Origin: Candidatus Bathyarchaeota archaeon
GTDB taxonomy: Archaea; Thermoproteota; Bathyarchaeia; TCS64
DNA length: 64,000 nucleotides
NCBI GenBank assembly: GCA_963769425.1
Contig: CAVYLP010000001.1
Coordinates: forward strand, 96,001-160,000
Direction: 5' to 3'
A model generated the notes under the pieces. The model made no database searches. It was not told where the DNA came from and saw only the letters and a list, made by a program, of their open reading frames with translations. Shown piece by piece: positions 1 through 9,776 of this stretch (position 1 is its first letter; every line of letters begins with the position of its first letter). Made by a program: the position numbers and the translations under genes.

Positions 1-96
1 CCGTGTCATGAAGACAAGCTCCGGCTGGTCTGGTAGGTGTAAGCGCGAATTCTCAATAAGGAGGTAGAGTTGCCTGGATGAAGATATTCAGCAAAA

Positions 97-909
97 TTAA
101 GGAGTCGCTGGAACGACGTGGACAACATAATTCAGATAGCCGCTGAAGTAATCCTTCACCGAAATCTCAAAACCAGCCCCCGGATCAAAATCCAGAATCG
201 AACCACTCGAAACCTCACCACGCGACGAGACACTAAACCTTATACACGCGGAACCACCGGGACCCGGGATCACCGATGTGGCATTCTGGGTTACCACAAG
301 ATCGGGGCGCACGTCAACCGCCTTTATGGCGACGGGCAGATACGCGTCTATGCTGGGGTCAGTGACGATCGTCAGATCGAAGGTCTTAACATCACCAGCC
401 TTGAGCCTGATGGGATCGATCTCACCGTAGATATCCGGTTTGAATGTTATGAAGTAGTCACCCTCCCCTGTTGGTGGGTGTGAATAGGGGATGTCTAGGT
501 CGAAGGATTCAAAGGCTGACATGAGTTCGCCCGTTGTCGCGTCAACAATATAGCTGCCAACGTAGATCCACGGCTGACCGGTAACGTTGAGGCGCTTTGT
601 GTACTCGATTCGCCAGTATGGGGAGTAGTCCCCGGGTGGCGTTGTGGTTACGTAGATGTGCTGATGCTCACCGGCTAACCAGAACTCCTGAGCCCAATCG
701 ATCTTCATCCACTGCAGATCCACGGTGATCGGGGAATTACCAGATACTATTACAGTGTTGACTTTGGGGTTGTGTTCAATTGTGGTTATTGCCTCATCAC
801 TCATTATTCTAACACCGTAGTTCGTTGGAGTTGTGACCACTAGGGTGGAGAAGGAAATTAGACCCACGAGAAAAGCTACTAGGGCAACCATTGAGTTCGT
901 GGTCAACAT
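97..909 (-). CDS. hypothetical membrane-anchored/secreted protein
   Basis: 270-aa ORF with an N-terminal hydrophobic segment (VALVAFLVGLISFSTLVV) and a beta-rich remainder; no recognised family. Confidence 0.7.
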   Translation of the reverse strand: MLTTNSMVALVAFLVGLISFSTLVVTTPTNYGVRIMSDEAITTIEHNPKVNTVIVSGNSPITVDLQWMKIDWAQEFWLAGEHQHIYVTTTPPGDYSPYWRIEYTKRLNVTGQPWIYVGSYIVDATTGELMSAFESFDLDIPYSHPPTGEGDYFITFKPDIYGEIDPIRLKAGDVKTFDLTIVTDPSIDAYLPVAIKAVDVRPDLVVTQNATSVIPGPGGSACIRFSVSSRGEVSSGSILDFDPGAGFEISVKDYFSGYLNYVVHVVPATP

Positions 910-1109
910 GACATCCTCAATACTACTTGTCTACTCTAAAGTAGATAGCTTCCTAGCATCTATCTCCTTCCGTTTCACCTTATTCGTTCTCGAAAGACCC
1001 CCTCGTCTCAGAGTTGATATTAGGGTTATCCACTTTCAGCATCCCAATTACTTCATCCTTAATAAGACGCGCGCACACGCGGGGCCAAGTCTGGTTTCGC
1101 TAGTCGCAC

Positions 1110-1406
1110 TCAAGGCGTATGCTCACGTCGGTCCCTCTCCTCATCCCGCCTCAACTGCTCCCCCAACCACTCATCGCTGACGGTGTAGGCTTCATTTGAC
1201 CCCCAACGAATCAAAAAAGGGAACTTGTCACCCGACCTCCTCCAGTTCTCCATTGAGCGAGTGTCACCGGCGTGAAAGCTAACGTTGTCCGTCTCCTTCC
1301 CCTTCCTGAGATAAGAGTAGACGAGGGGGATGACTACGAGGCCCATGAACACGAATACCAATATTTCGATAGACGCGACAACATCATGCTGTGCCAGGGA
1401 CATCAA
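1110..1406 (-). CDS. small hypothetical membrane protein
   Basis: 98-aa ORF with one TM segment; AT-rich TATA-like sequence upstream. Confidence 0.45.
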   Translation of the reverse strand: MMSLAQHDVVASIEILVFVFMGLVVIPLVYSYLRKGKETDNVSFHAGDTRSMENWRRSGDKFPFLIRWGSNEAYTVSDEWLGEQLRRDEERDRREHTP

Positions 1407-1487
1407 ACTCTCAGCATCATATACAACTTATCAATCCTATAAAACATAACATGATAATTCATGACCAATAAAAAATATGAGAAAGAA

Positions 1488-1901
1488 TCAACTCCTCTCC
1501 TCAACTCTATGAGTTGAGACGAGGTTCATGATACGCTGAACAAGAACAATATAGACGTCAAGACTCGGGCCCTTCTCCAGATACGAGTCCACCCCCGCCT
1601 TGAAAGCCCTCTCAACCATCTTTTCGTCATCCCGACAAGTGAACAAGATGAAGGGTGTGTCGCATCCCTCTCCCCTCAGCCTCTCGCAGAATTCGACTCC
1701 ATTCATCCTATACATCGTATAGTTGCTGACGATGCAGTCGAAAGTCTGGCCGTGAATTAGTTCAAGTGCCTTCTCAGCGGAGCCAGCGGTATTGAAGATG
1801 AAGGACGCATCAATTCTTCGAAGAGCCATCTCTGATAGCTCAAGGTGAGTATCATCGTCGTCAACCAATAGGACCCGCAGGTTGAGGGGATGTTGACTCA
1901 T
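1488..1901 (-). CDS. stand-alone response-regulator receiver domain with atypical phosphoacceptor site
   Basis: VLLVDDD, FDCIVSNY, PFILFT and GVDSYLEK receiver motifs; Asn at the usual Asp position. Confidence 0.85.
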   Translation of the reverse strand: MSQHPLNLRVLLVDDDDTHLELSEMALRRIDASFIFNTAGSAEKALELIHGQTFDCIVSNYTMYRMNGVEFCERLRGEGCDTPFILFTCRDDEKMVERAFKAGVDSYLEKGPSLDVYIVLVQRIMNLVSTHRVEERS

Positions 1902-2193
1902 TATGCATCCAGGCAAGGAAGCGTGGAATATAATGTGTAATCTTACTTACTGAGTTGGTTGAAGGTGGTCTTGCATTTCATGCATCTTAGAATCGCCACC
2001 TTTTTGTCTTTGGGGTCTATTCCCGCTATTATCGACTTCTTAGCACCGCATACTGGGCAGTCGTCGCCCCATTTGACTTTGTGCTCACTGTCCGTCATGG
2101 TTCGGCACAGCCACATAAATGGCTATTTATATAGTTTTACTTAGATCTACTTATGATTTAACTAAAAATAATCGTAAGACCTAGCCAACAGGC

Positions 2194-2376
2194 TCAGAAT
2201 CGTACCATCGCCTTTTCTCCGGCAAGGGCCTTATACCACTTTTCGTTTATCTCGATAACCTTTCCCTCATCTACGTCAAAGAACTTGTTCTCAGTTTCGC
2301 ATTTCCACAGCTTGAATCCGTTTACCTCCATTTCCTTCAAGGGTGCGCTACAGCTCGGACAATAATGTGAAACCAT
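2194..2376 (-). CDS. small zinc-ribbon-like protein
   Basis: 60 aa, HYCPSC...WKC, ATG start. Confidence 0.55.
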   Translation of the reverse strand: MVSHYCPSCSAPLKEMEVNGFKLWKCETENKFFDVDEGKVIEINEKWYKALAGEKAMVRF

Positions 2377-2466
2377 GTGTTATCCAAGAAGTCGGGTCCT
2401 AAAGAACGTTCTTAGACTGTCCCGAATATTTTCGGCTAAAATAATACGGCTATAAGTGTAGTGAAG

Positions 2467-2966
2467 TCAGGCTTCGCCCTTCGCCGGTAACCTCACAACG
2501 AAAACAGTCCCAGCGCTAACCTCTGATTTGAGGTCGATTGAACCACCCATCGCCTCTACCGCCCTTCGGCAATGCGTCAACCCTAGCCCCATACCACCCG
2601 TCTTCGTGGTGTACAGCGGAGAGAAGATGCGATTCTTTGACTCCTCAGAAATCCCACCACCAGTATCAGTGACACTGATCACTATCTCTCACCCGCCTTC
2701 TCCGCCCTGATAGTGAGCCTACCCCCTGTAGGCATCGCCTCAACCGCGTTCTTAACGAGATTATCGATAACACGATGCATGATGTCCGGGTCGATAACCA
2801 CTGAATTTGAACCAACGCCAACCGATGTCTCAACAACGATGTTGGCTGGAATAGTCGACCCCTCTAAAACCCTCTTGAACAAGTCACCGAGACTAGTCAT
2901 GACTGGCTGAGGCACGATCTCCCGAGTGCTAGACCTCCAGTCAGCGATCATCTTCAGATACCTCAC
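2467..2966 (-). pseudogene. histidine kinase HATPase_c fragment (5'-truncated, frameshift near 2685)
   Basis: N box (NLVKNAVEAM) in one frame; G1/F/G2 boxes (DTGGGI, IFSPLYTTK, GMGLGL) in the next; no H-box or sensor domain. Confidence 0.8.
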
Positions 2967-2995
2967 AATTTTATAATGAAGCCACTTAATGTAAG

Positions 2996-3820
2996 TTGGT
3001 GAAGGTTTTGGACGCGCAGGAAAGACAGTCTGTTTGGCGAATACTCTTTATTTTTCTCGTGCTTGCATCAATGACATTAGTTAGCGTGTATATATTTGAC
3101 GAATTAGTAGCGCCCAAGATCTCCCCAAATTTAGTACTCGTGCAATCCCTAAGAGTCCTCATAGTGATAACGACGACGGGAATAGCAGTATTCGTCGTAA
3201 GGAGAACGAAGAGATTCATCGTGGATAGGACTCGAACAAATGTGGCGAACTTCTTCGAGTTCATCATGATTGTGCTAATCTTGTTGATGTCGATGTTTTC
3301 CCTATTGCACATCTTCAACGTCGACACTAACACTCTACTGATCAGTGGTGGCATCATCTCGATCACCCTGGGGTTGGTTGTGTCAACGTTCGTTGGTGAT
3401 ACCCTTGCGGGTATGCTTGTATTCCTGTTGAATCTATACCATGTAGGTGACACGGTTTTCGTAAACAGTATACCGTGCAGAGTCGAGGAAATGAGTGCCC
3501 TCGTGACTAGGTTCAGGAACGATACAGGTGGAATAGTATCAGTACCTAACACAGCAATTGCTCAGGGAAGTGTCATTGTCACCCGGTTCCCCGATAATAA
3601 AGGCGTCTTTGTGAGTAGGCTTCCTTACGCTAAAAATGATCGCATCTACACAACGTACATGAACACTGAGGGTGTAGTCGTAGATCTTGACTCGATGCAC
3701 ACGCGGATAAGACTTGACACGGGAATGGAGTTATCTTTTCTTAACAATAGCATCCTCTCAGGCACAATCGCTGTCGCTAAAATTGTTGGCGAAAAGAAAG
3801 AGGATAATAAGACTAGTTGA
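2996..3820 (+). CDS. small-conductance mechanosensitive channel (MscS family)
   Basis: TM helices followed by YHVGDTV..G-less RVEEMS..T....G.IVSVPN beta domain, with a second beta-domain repeat at the C-terminus. Confidence 0.8.
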   Translation: MVKVLDAQERQSVWRILFIFLVLASMTLVSVYIFDELVAPKISPNLVLVQSLRVLIVITTTGIAVFVVRRTKRFIVDRTRTNVANFFEFIMIVLILLMSMFSLLHIFNVDTNTLLISGGIISITLGLVVSTFVGDTLAGMLVFLLNLYHVGDTVFVNSIPCRVEEMSALVTRFRNDTGGIVSVPNTAIAQGSVIVTRFPDNKGVFVSRLPYAKNDRIYTTYMNTEGVVVDLDSMHTRIRLDTGMELSFLNNSILSGTIAVAKIVGEKKEDNKTS

Positions 3821-3846
3821 GTAGGCACACGTGTTGACTAAGAGGT

Positions 3847-3990
3847 AATTTCACACGCGCGAGCCTGTTTAGAAAATCACCATCTAAGACGTCTCAACAC
3901 CCATCCCTTAACCGCATCAAGGATACTCACGAACACCACATCCACAAATCATACTCAACATTACTAAAGAGCGCGCGCGGGTGAAAAATT
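3847..3990. repeat. ~145-bp segment bounded by imperfect ~26-bp inverted repeats
   Basis: AATTTCACACGCGCGAGCCTGTTTAG (3847-3872) versus CTAAAGAGCGCGCGCGGGTGAAAAATT (3964-3990). Confidence 0.45.
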
Positions 3991-4012
3991 AGACATGCAG
4001 AGCCTTGAATGG

Positions 4013-4168
4013 TTAATATTGAGCAATCTTCGATGAAGATTCATCCGTCTTATTTGATGCTTTATCGAACTTTGTGTGGCACTTCTCGCAGTTCGCCATT
4101 GGAAAGGGTCCCTCGAGGGTCTCGAAAACGTTTCCGCAGTTGGGGCATTTGACTTTTATTTTGTTCAT
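4013..4168 (-). CDS. 51-aa CPxCG-type zinc-finger microprotein (below the ORF-track cutoff)
   Basis: Manual translation MNKIKVKCPNCGNVFETLEGPFPMANCEKCHTKFDKASNKTDESSSKIAQY*; two CxxC pairs; GGTGG just upstream of the ATG. Confidence 0.75.
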   Translation of the reverse strand: MNKIKVKCPNCGNVFETLEGPFPMANCEKCHTKFDKASNKTDESSSKIAQY

Positions 4169-4440
4169 TCGTCCACCACTGAGATTCCCTCATTCTACTA
4201 ATTAAAGTATTTATTGCCTTAGTAGCAGGTAAATTGGCGTAAATCACCCCGAATTCTCGAGGAAAGAAGACGCCCGGGATGTTTAGTGGGTCTTCTGGAA
4301 CTTTATAGAGGAAGCGGGGGATTAAGCTGAGGACAGTTCCTATAAAGTTGATTCGCGTCTTTTTTATTGATAAGAATTCAAAACAGGAGAATTCAGGTTA
4401 GAAATACGTGAAAGAAAAAAACTGATAAAAAAGGTTACAA

Positions 4441-5532
4441 CTACTTTATTGCGTATTTTTTAACTACGTCCCAGTCTACCTCGAAGCCGAGCCCCGGCTT
4501 GTTCGGTGCGCTGAGGTATCCTTTCTCAGGGCGGTAGGCCGGGTCTATGAAGTAGGACTCAAGGGGTACGGCGTTTATCTCGACCCACTCGCTGCGGTTG
4601 TTGCTGAGGCTGAGGTGGACGGATGCTGGGATGCCGGGTCCGAAGAAGAAGCTATGAGTTGCGAGGTCGAGGTTCCACGCCTCCGCGAGTGCGAAGATCT
4701 TCCTGCACGCCGTGATGCCGCCAGTCATGATGACGTCAGGCTGGACAAGGTCGTACGGGTGCTTCTCGACGATGTTCTTGAAGCCGTAGTGGGTGTACTC
4801 GTTCTCCCCGCCGGCGATTGGGATGTCGGTCTTCGTCCTGAGCCACGCGAGGCTGTCGTAGTCGTCGACTGGCCAGATGGGCTCCTCAAGCCACGTGAGG
4901 TTGTACCGCTCAAGCTGGCGGGCCGCCTTCAGGGCCTGCCCGGGTGTCCACGCCCCGTTGACGTCGAGCATCACCTCTATGTCGTCGCCCACCGCGTCGC
5001 GGACCGCCCTCGTGCAGGCGACGCCATCGTCCTTGCCCTGATGAATCTTAATCCCCTTGTAACCCTCCTCGACCCAGCGTTGGCTTACTTTGGCGACTTC
5101 CTCGGGCTTCTTGTACTCCATGAGGCTCGCGTAGGCCTTTACCTTGGGCTTACAGAGCCCACCTATCATCTCGTAGACGGGGAGTTTCCTCGCCTTGCCT
5201 ATGATGTCCCAGAGGGCTATCTCGACGCTGCTCAGCGATTGAATTGATATCCCCTTGACGCCGTGACCGAAGCTCACGTGGTAGACCTTGTTCCATAGAC
5301 GCTCCACCTGCATCGGGTCCTCCCCGACGAGCAGGGGCTTGAGCTGCTGCTCGATGTAGCCACCCACCGCGCCGTAGGTGTAGGGGATCGCCTCCCCGTA
5401 GCCCTTTATTCCCTCATCGGTCGTGACCTCGACGAGTATGTGCACGCTCCTCCTCTTCGGGTACGCGGAGAGGGGCTCCGTCTCCCTGAGGGGTATCCAC
5501 ATCGGGTAGGTCTTAATGTCAGTTATCTTCGT
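4441..5532 (-). CDS. mandelate racemase/muconate lactonizing enzyme (enolase superfamily)
   Basis: KITDIKTY N-terminus upstream of the annotated Met; IALWDIIGK, KIH, DVNG, LEEP, GGEN and QPD motifs. Confidence 0.9.
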   Translation of the reverse strand, partial: TKITDIKTYPMWIPLRETEPLSAYPKRRSVHILVEVTTDEGIKGYGEAIPYTYGAVGGYIEQQLKPLLVGEDPMQVERLWNKVYHVSFGHGVKGISIQSLSSVEIALWDIIGKARKLPVYEMIGGLCKPKVKAYASLMEYKKPEEVAKVSQRWVEEGYKGIKIHQGKDDGVACTRAVRDAVGDDIEVMLDVNGAWTPGQALKAARQLERYNLTWLEEPIWPVDDYDSLAWLRTKTDIPIAGGENEYTHYGFKNIVEKHPYDLVQPDVIMTGGITACRKIFALAEAWNLDLATHSFFFGPGIPASVHLSLSNNRSEWVEINAVPLESYFIDPAYRPEKGYLSAPNKPGLGFEVDWDVVKKYAIK

Positions 5533-5575
5533 CTCCTATGCCTCCAGAAGCTGTCCTAGTCTATGGTTCTTGGGC

Positions 5576-5670
5576 GGGAAAAGACTTTAGCCCCAAACCC
5601 TCCTCACTTCTTCCTTACAATCTTCCTCCCACCGCTCTCTCCACAAACAAACATAAACAAATAGACAGAC
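5576..5670 (+). repeat. boundary repeat copy 1 (core GGGAAAAGACTTTAG + CCCCAAACCC arm + G-poor tail)
   Basis: 15-bp core is identical to 10963-10977; tail resembles 7477-7553 and the reverse complement of 9629-9728. Confidence 0.7.
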
Positions 5671-5737
5671 ATTAAATAAAATTCGAGGTAAGGAGATATG
5701 TTAAATTCAATAATGGGTATTAGTTTCGACGATTAAC

Positions 5738-7111
5738 TTGGCACAAGAAGAGCTCAATCCAAAAAAACATAATTCTGAAGAGTGCGTTAATCCTCAGTGT
5801 GATATATGTAAATATAAAAAACCATTTGATTTTCCAAGAGAAATCATTGAAGCATATAAAAATGGTCAATTAATCATTTTCGCGGGAGCGGGAATTAGTA
5901 CAGAACGAAGAGAAATTTTTCCAGTCAGTTTTTCAAATAAAATTAAAATAAAACTTGGAATACCCAAAGAGGAAAAAATAAAATTTTCAACATTAATGAC
6001 TAAATATTGTAATTTAACTGGATCTAAAAAAGAATTATTCAATGATATTAAACAACGGATCGATTATGTGACCTCATTTCCAGAATTATTGTTTAGAGCT
6101 ACAGAATTTCATCGAGAGCTATCAGTAATTCCCCATTTAGACGAAGTTTTTACAACAAATTGGGATGATTTTTTTGAAAAAGAATGTGGTTCAACACCAA
6201 TCGTTACAGGACAAGACTTTGCACTATTCCAAGACATTTCCGGAAGAAAAATTTTCAAAATTCATGGTTCAATCAGCAATTACAGCTCAATAATCGCTAC
6301 AGAGGAGGATTATCGTAAGTGCTATAGACAAATGCAAAAAGGCATTATTGGAGCAGTTCTTAAAAATTTACTTGTTACAAAAACAATAGTATTTGTTGGC
6401 TATTCATTAGGCGATGAAGATTTTCAAAAAATATACAACTTACTAAAAAAAGATACAAATGGTATTATGCCCTCATCTTACATAGTAACACTTGACGAAA
6501 ATGCGGAAACAAAAATACGATTGTTAAAAATGAACACGCTCCCAATAAACACAGATTCATCATATTTTATTCATGAATTCAAGAAAAAATTAGTCGAAGA
6601 AAAATTGATGCTACCAGAAACTAATTTTGCGGAAATAAATGAAAAATTAGAAAAAGTAATTACTGAACACCATAAATTATCCTTATTAGATCTTAATAAA
6701 TATCCAGATTCAATATACTCACTTGCTTATCAAGATGGTTTAATGCATGCATTTGAACGAATTTTATTAAAAATGAATACTGGAGAATATTCTTGCATGA
6801 CCCATTTATCAAATATGATAACTGATTATGATATAATTATTAAAGATAAGTTACATCAAAAAAATTATTGGGATGTAGCTTATTTTAGGGGTTATCAATA
6901 TGGGTTGGTATACCTTTTTACTACAAAAGATAGAGAGTCAATTCCTTTATACTACTTATTTGGAGAAAATGATGTTTTAACTTTTGAAGATTTTTTCAAG
7001 TTTCAAAAGAAGGCGTCTAAACAGCATAAGACAGCCCACCAAAAAGCAGTAAGTTTAATAAAAAAAATTAAGCCAAAAGAAACAGTTATGCATCACCGTC
7101 CTTTCTTATAA
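5738..7111 (+). CDS. SIR2-like (SIR2_2) domain protein, putative NADase defence effector
   Basis: FAGAGIS, TTNWD, KIHGS and FVGYSLGD motifs; markedly AT-rich compared with its flanks. Confidence 0.85.
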   Translation: MAQEELNPKKHNSEECVNPQCDICKYKKPFDFPREIIEAYKNGQLIIFAGAGISTERREIFPVSFSNKIKIKLGIPKEEKIKFSTLMTKYCNLTGSKKELFNDIKQRIDYVTSFPELLFRATEFHRELSVIPHLDEVFTTNWDDFFEKECGSTPIVTGQDFALFQDISGRKIFKIHGSISNYSSIIATEEDYRKCYRQMQKGIIGAVLKNLLVTKTIVFVGYSLGDEDFQKIYNLLKKDTNGIMPSSYIVTLDENAETKIRLLKMNTLPINTDSSYFIHEFKKKLVEEKLMLPETNFAEINEKLEKVITEHHKLSLLDLNKYPDSIYSLAYQDGLMHAFERILLKMNTGEYSCMTHLSNMITDYDIIIKDKLHQKNYWDVAYFRGYQYGLVYLFTTKDRESIPLYYLFGENDVLTFEDFFKFQKKASKQHKTAHQKAVSLIKKIKPKETVMHHRPFL

Positions 7112-7466
7112 AAGAAAAAATCTCAAATAATAATTACTTATCTCATTCATAATTATCTGTTAATCCTCATCTTACTAACGTGTGCTCAACATAGTAACTT
7201 ATCTTTCGTGATCTTATTGATCTTCTTTCTTTCATTAAGTAAAATTTTACTCGTCCGTCTAGTTTTCCCCAGCGGTATACGACTCTCGGGCTTGATTTCG
7301 AACCTTTTGGTCCAACTCTCAGAGTCGATGACTCTTTGATACTCTGCATTATTGCATAATTAATCAATGATTTAATTTGAGACTCCAAAGCCATCCAGCA
7401 AATAATATGCATATTTCGATCCCAATTTACAGCCCTGTTAAAAACAACGTGATAAGAGCATTTACT

Positions 7467-7553
7467 AGACTTTAGCCCTAAACCCAAACCACTCATTCTC
7501 CTCTACACTCTCTCTTACTCTCTCTAAGAAAAACAGACACACACAAACAAGCG
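7467..7553 (+). repeat. boundary repeat copy 2
   Basis: AGACTTTAGCCCTAAACCCAAACC followed by CTACACTCTCTCTTACTCTCTCTAAGA...ACAGACACAC. Confidence 0.7.
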
Positions 7554-7657
7554 TCACTTTTTCAGATTACGACAATGACAAAAACTAAATCTCTTCGCAC
7601 ACATGAGCTTAGACTATCCTAAAGATAACTTATAAAATAATTTGCGTAACTATAACC

Positions 7658-9548
7658 ATGAGTCATTCAAAAAGCGAAGAGGAAGTTTTACGCGCAAGCG
7701 GTGCCGCGAACAGCGAGATCCCCGAGAAATTCACACCGAAGACCGATAGCTTCGACTACGTCCGCCGCGAGGAGATGATCCCGATGCGCGACGGCGTAAA
7801 GCTCAAGACCATAATCCTCGTGCCGAAGGATGCACGGGACGCGCCGATCATTATTACACGTACGCCCTACAACGCCTCGGAACGCACGCTCCGATTCAAC
7901 AGCCCAAACCTCTCCTCAGTCGTGCCGCAGATGAACGACACTACGTCCGCGGCTCGATACATCATCGTGTACCAGGACGTGCGCGGGAAATACGGCTCCG
8001 ACGGCGACTACGTGATGACCAAACCGCTCGAGGGGCCCCTGAACGCGACCGGCACCGACCACGCGACCGATAGCTACGACACAATCGACTGGCTGGTGAA
8101 GCACGTGCCAGAGTCGAACGGCCGCGTGGCCGCGATGGGCGGCTCCTACGAGGGCTACACGACGCTGATGTGCACGGTGAACCCGCACCCGGCGTTGAAG
8201 GCCGTGGTGGCGTTCGCGGCGATGGTGGACGGCTGGATGGGCGACGACTGGTTCCACAGGGGCGCGTTCCGCCAAGACGCATCGCTGTCGTACACCTACG
8301 AACAGGAGGCGACGCGCAAGAACGAGGCAAAATGGTGGTCCGGGACCTACGACACCTACGACGCCTTCCTGCGCGCCGGTAACGCGGGCACGATGGCCGC
8401 CTCGCGCGGCATGGAGGGCCTCGGGTTCTGGCAGAAACTCGCGGAGCACACGGCTTACGACTCCTTCTGGCAGCAGCAGGCCGTGGACAAGCTGCTCGCC
8501 GAACGCCCGCTCGCGGTGCCTATGCTTATCGTCGGCGGGCTCTTCGACCAGGAGGACATCTACGGCTCTCCCGCGCTCTACAAGGCGCTAGCGCCGAAGG
8601 ATCCCGACGGAAAGTTCGTGCACCTCGTGCTTGGGCCTTGGAACCACGGGCAGGGGAGGCGCGATGCGCGCAGTCTCGGCTCCCTACAGTTCGAGGGCGA
8701 CACCGCTGGTTGGTTCCGGCGCAACGGTGATGCAGCCGTTCCTGGACCACTACCTGAGGGACGCCCCGAAGCCGGAAACACCGCGCGTGCTCGCTTACGA
8801 GACCGGCGCGAATATCTGGCACCGCTATGACGATTGGCCGCGCGCTTGCGTAAACGGTTGCGCAGCACGCTCGCGCAATCTCTACGTTCAGGCGGAGGGG
8901 AGGCTCGGCTTTGAGGCGCCGCCCGCCGCAGAGGAAGCCTTCGATGAGTACGTATCGGATCCCGCGAAGCCTGTGCCTTACCGGCAGCGGCCGACTGTAC
9001 CGACCTACGCGGCGGAGTCCACCTGGGGCGAGTGGCTGGTGGATGACCAGCGCCACACCGCCTCACGCACTGATGTGTTGGTCTGGTCCACGGAGCCACT
9101 AAAGGAACCCATGCGCGTCGCGGGCCAACCAGTCGCGAGGCTATTTGCCTCGACGAGCGGCAGCGATTCGGACTGGGTCGTGAAGATCATCGACGTCTGG
9201 CCGGACGAAGTACCGGAGAACCCGAAGCTCGGCGGCTACCAGCAGATGCTTTCGGCCGACATCTTCCGCGGTCGGTACCGCGAGGACCTCGCGGTCGCGA
9301 AGCCACTAGCATCCGGCAAGGTGCTGGACTATCGCATTCCCTTGCCGCAGATTAGCCACAGCTTCCTGCCCGGCCACAGGATCATGGTGCAGGTGCAGTC
9401 GAGCTGGTTCCCGCTCTACGACCGAAACCCGCAGACCTTCGTGCCGAACATCATGTTCGCGCCACTGGAGAGCTACCGGAAGGCGACGCAGCGCGTGTGG
9501 CGGACTGCGGAGTTTCCGACGGCCATCGAGTTTCCCGTAATCACATAG
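7658..9548 (+). CDS. CocE/NonD family hydrolase (alpha-amino acid ester hydrolase-like); single frameshift near 8725
   Basis: IPMRDGVKL, RTPY, QDVRGKYGSDG, GGSYEG, LGPWNHG, YVSDP..PVP and SSWFPLYDRNPQ motifs across two overlapping ORFs; very GC-rich. Confidence 0.9.
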
Positions 9549-9628
9549 AGGCGGTATTCGCGCGTTTCCCCACTCGCGGAAATTTCGGCACTTGACCAGT
9601 TGTTACGAACTCATTAGTGAGGATACTC

Positions 9629-9750
9629 CGCGCGTGTGTCTGTCTGTTTGTCTGTCTTAGAGAGTAGGAGAGAATGTAGGGAAGAATAGTGTTAGGTAGT
9701 CGTGAATATTAGGGGTGATGGGTTTGGGAAAAAAGACTATGGCCCCAAAC
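9629..9750 (-). repeat. boundary repeat copy 3 (inverted tail plus full palindromic core)
   Basis: Reverse complement reads CTACATTCTCTCCTACTCTCTAAGACAGACAAACAGACAGACACAC; core GGGTTTGGGAAAAAAGACTATGGCCCCAAAC at 9720-9750. Confidence 0.7.
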
Positions 9751-9776
9751 TTGCACAAAAATGTGTGAGCACGAAG

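Noticed and set aside
5530-5545. Apparent ACG start codon for the mandelate racemase gene (TAG GAG ACG AAG ATA ACT)
   Set aside because: Removing one A from ATAGGAG gives ATG GAG ACG AAG. Given the many +1 errors in this contig, an insertion artefact is more parsimonious.
7167-7496. 109-aa minus-strand ORF after the SIR2 gene as a partner gene
   Set aside because: Its start lies inside the boundary repeat, it has no recognisable motif and its composition is unnatural; unsupported, though a short basic peptide cannot be excluded.
8720-8735. Programmed ribosomal frameshifting in CocE or HdrA genes
   Set aside because: No X XXY YYZ slippery heptamer or common stimulatory structure at the shift sites.
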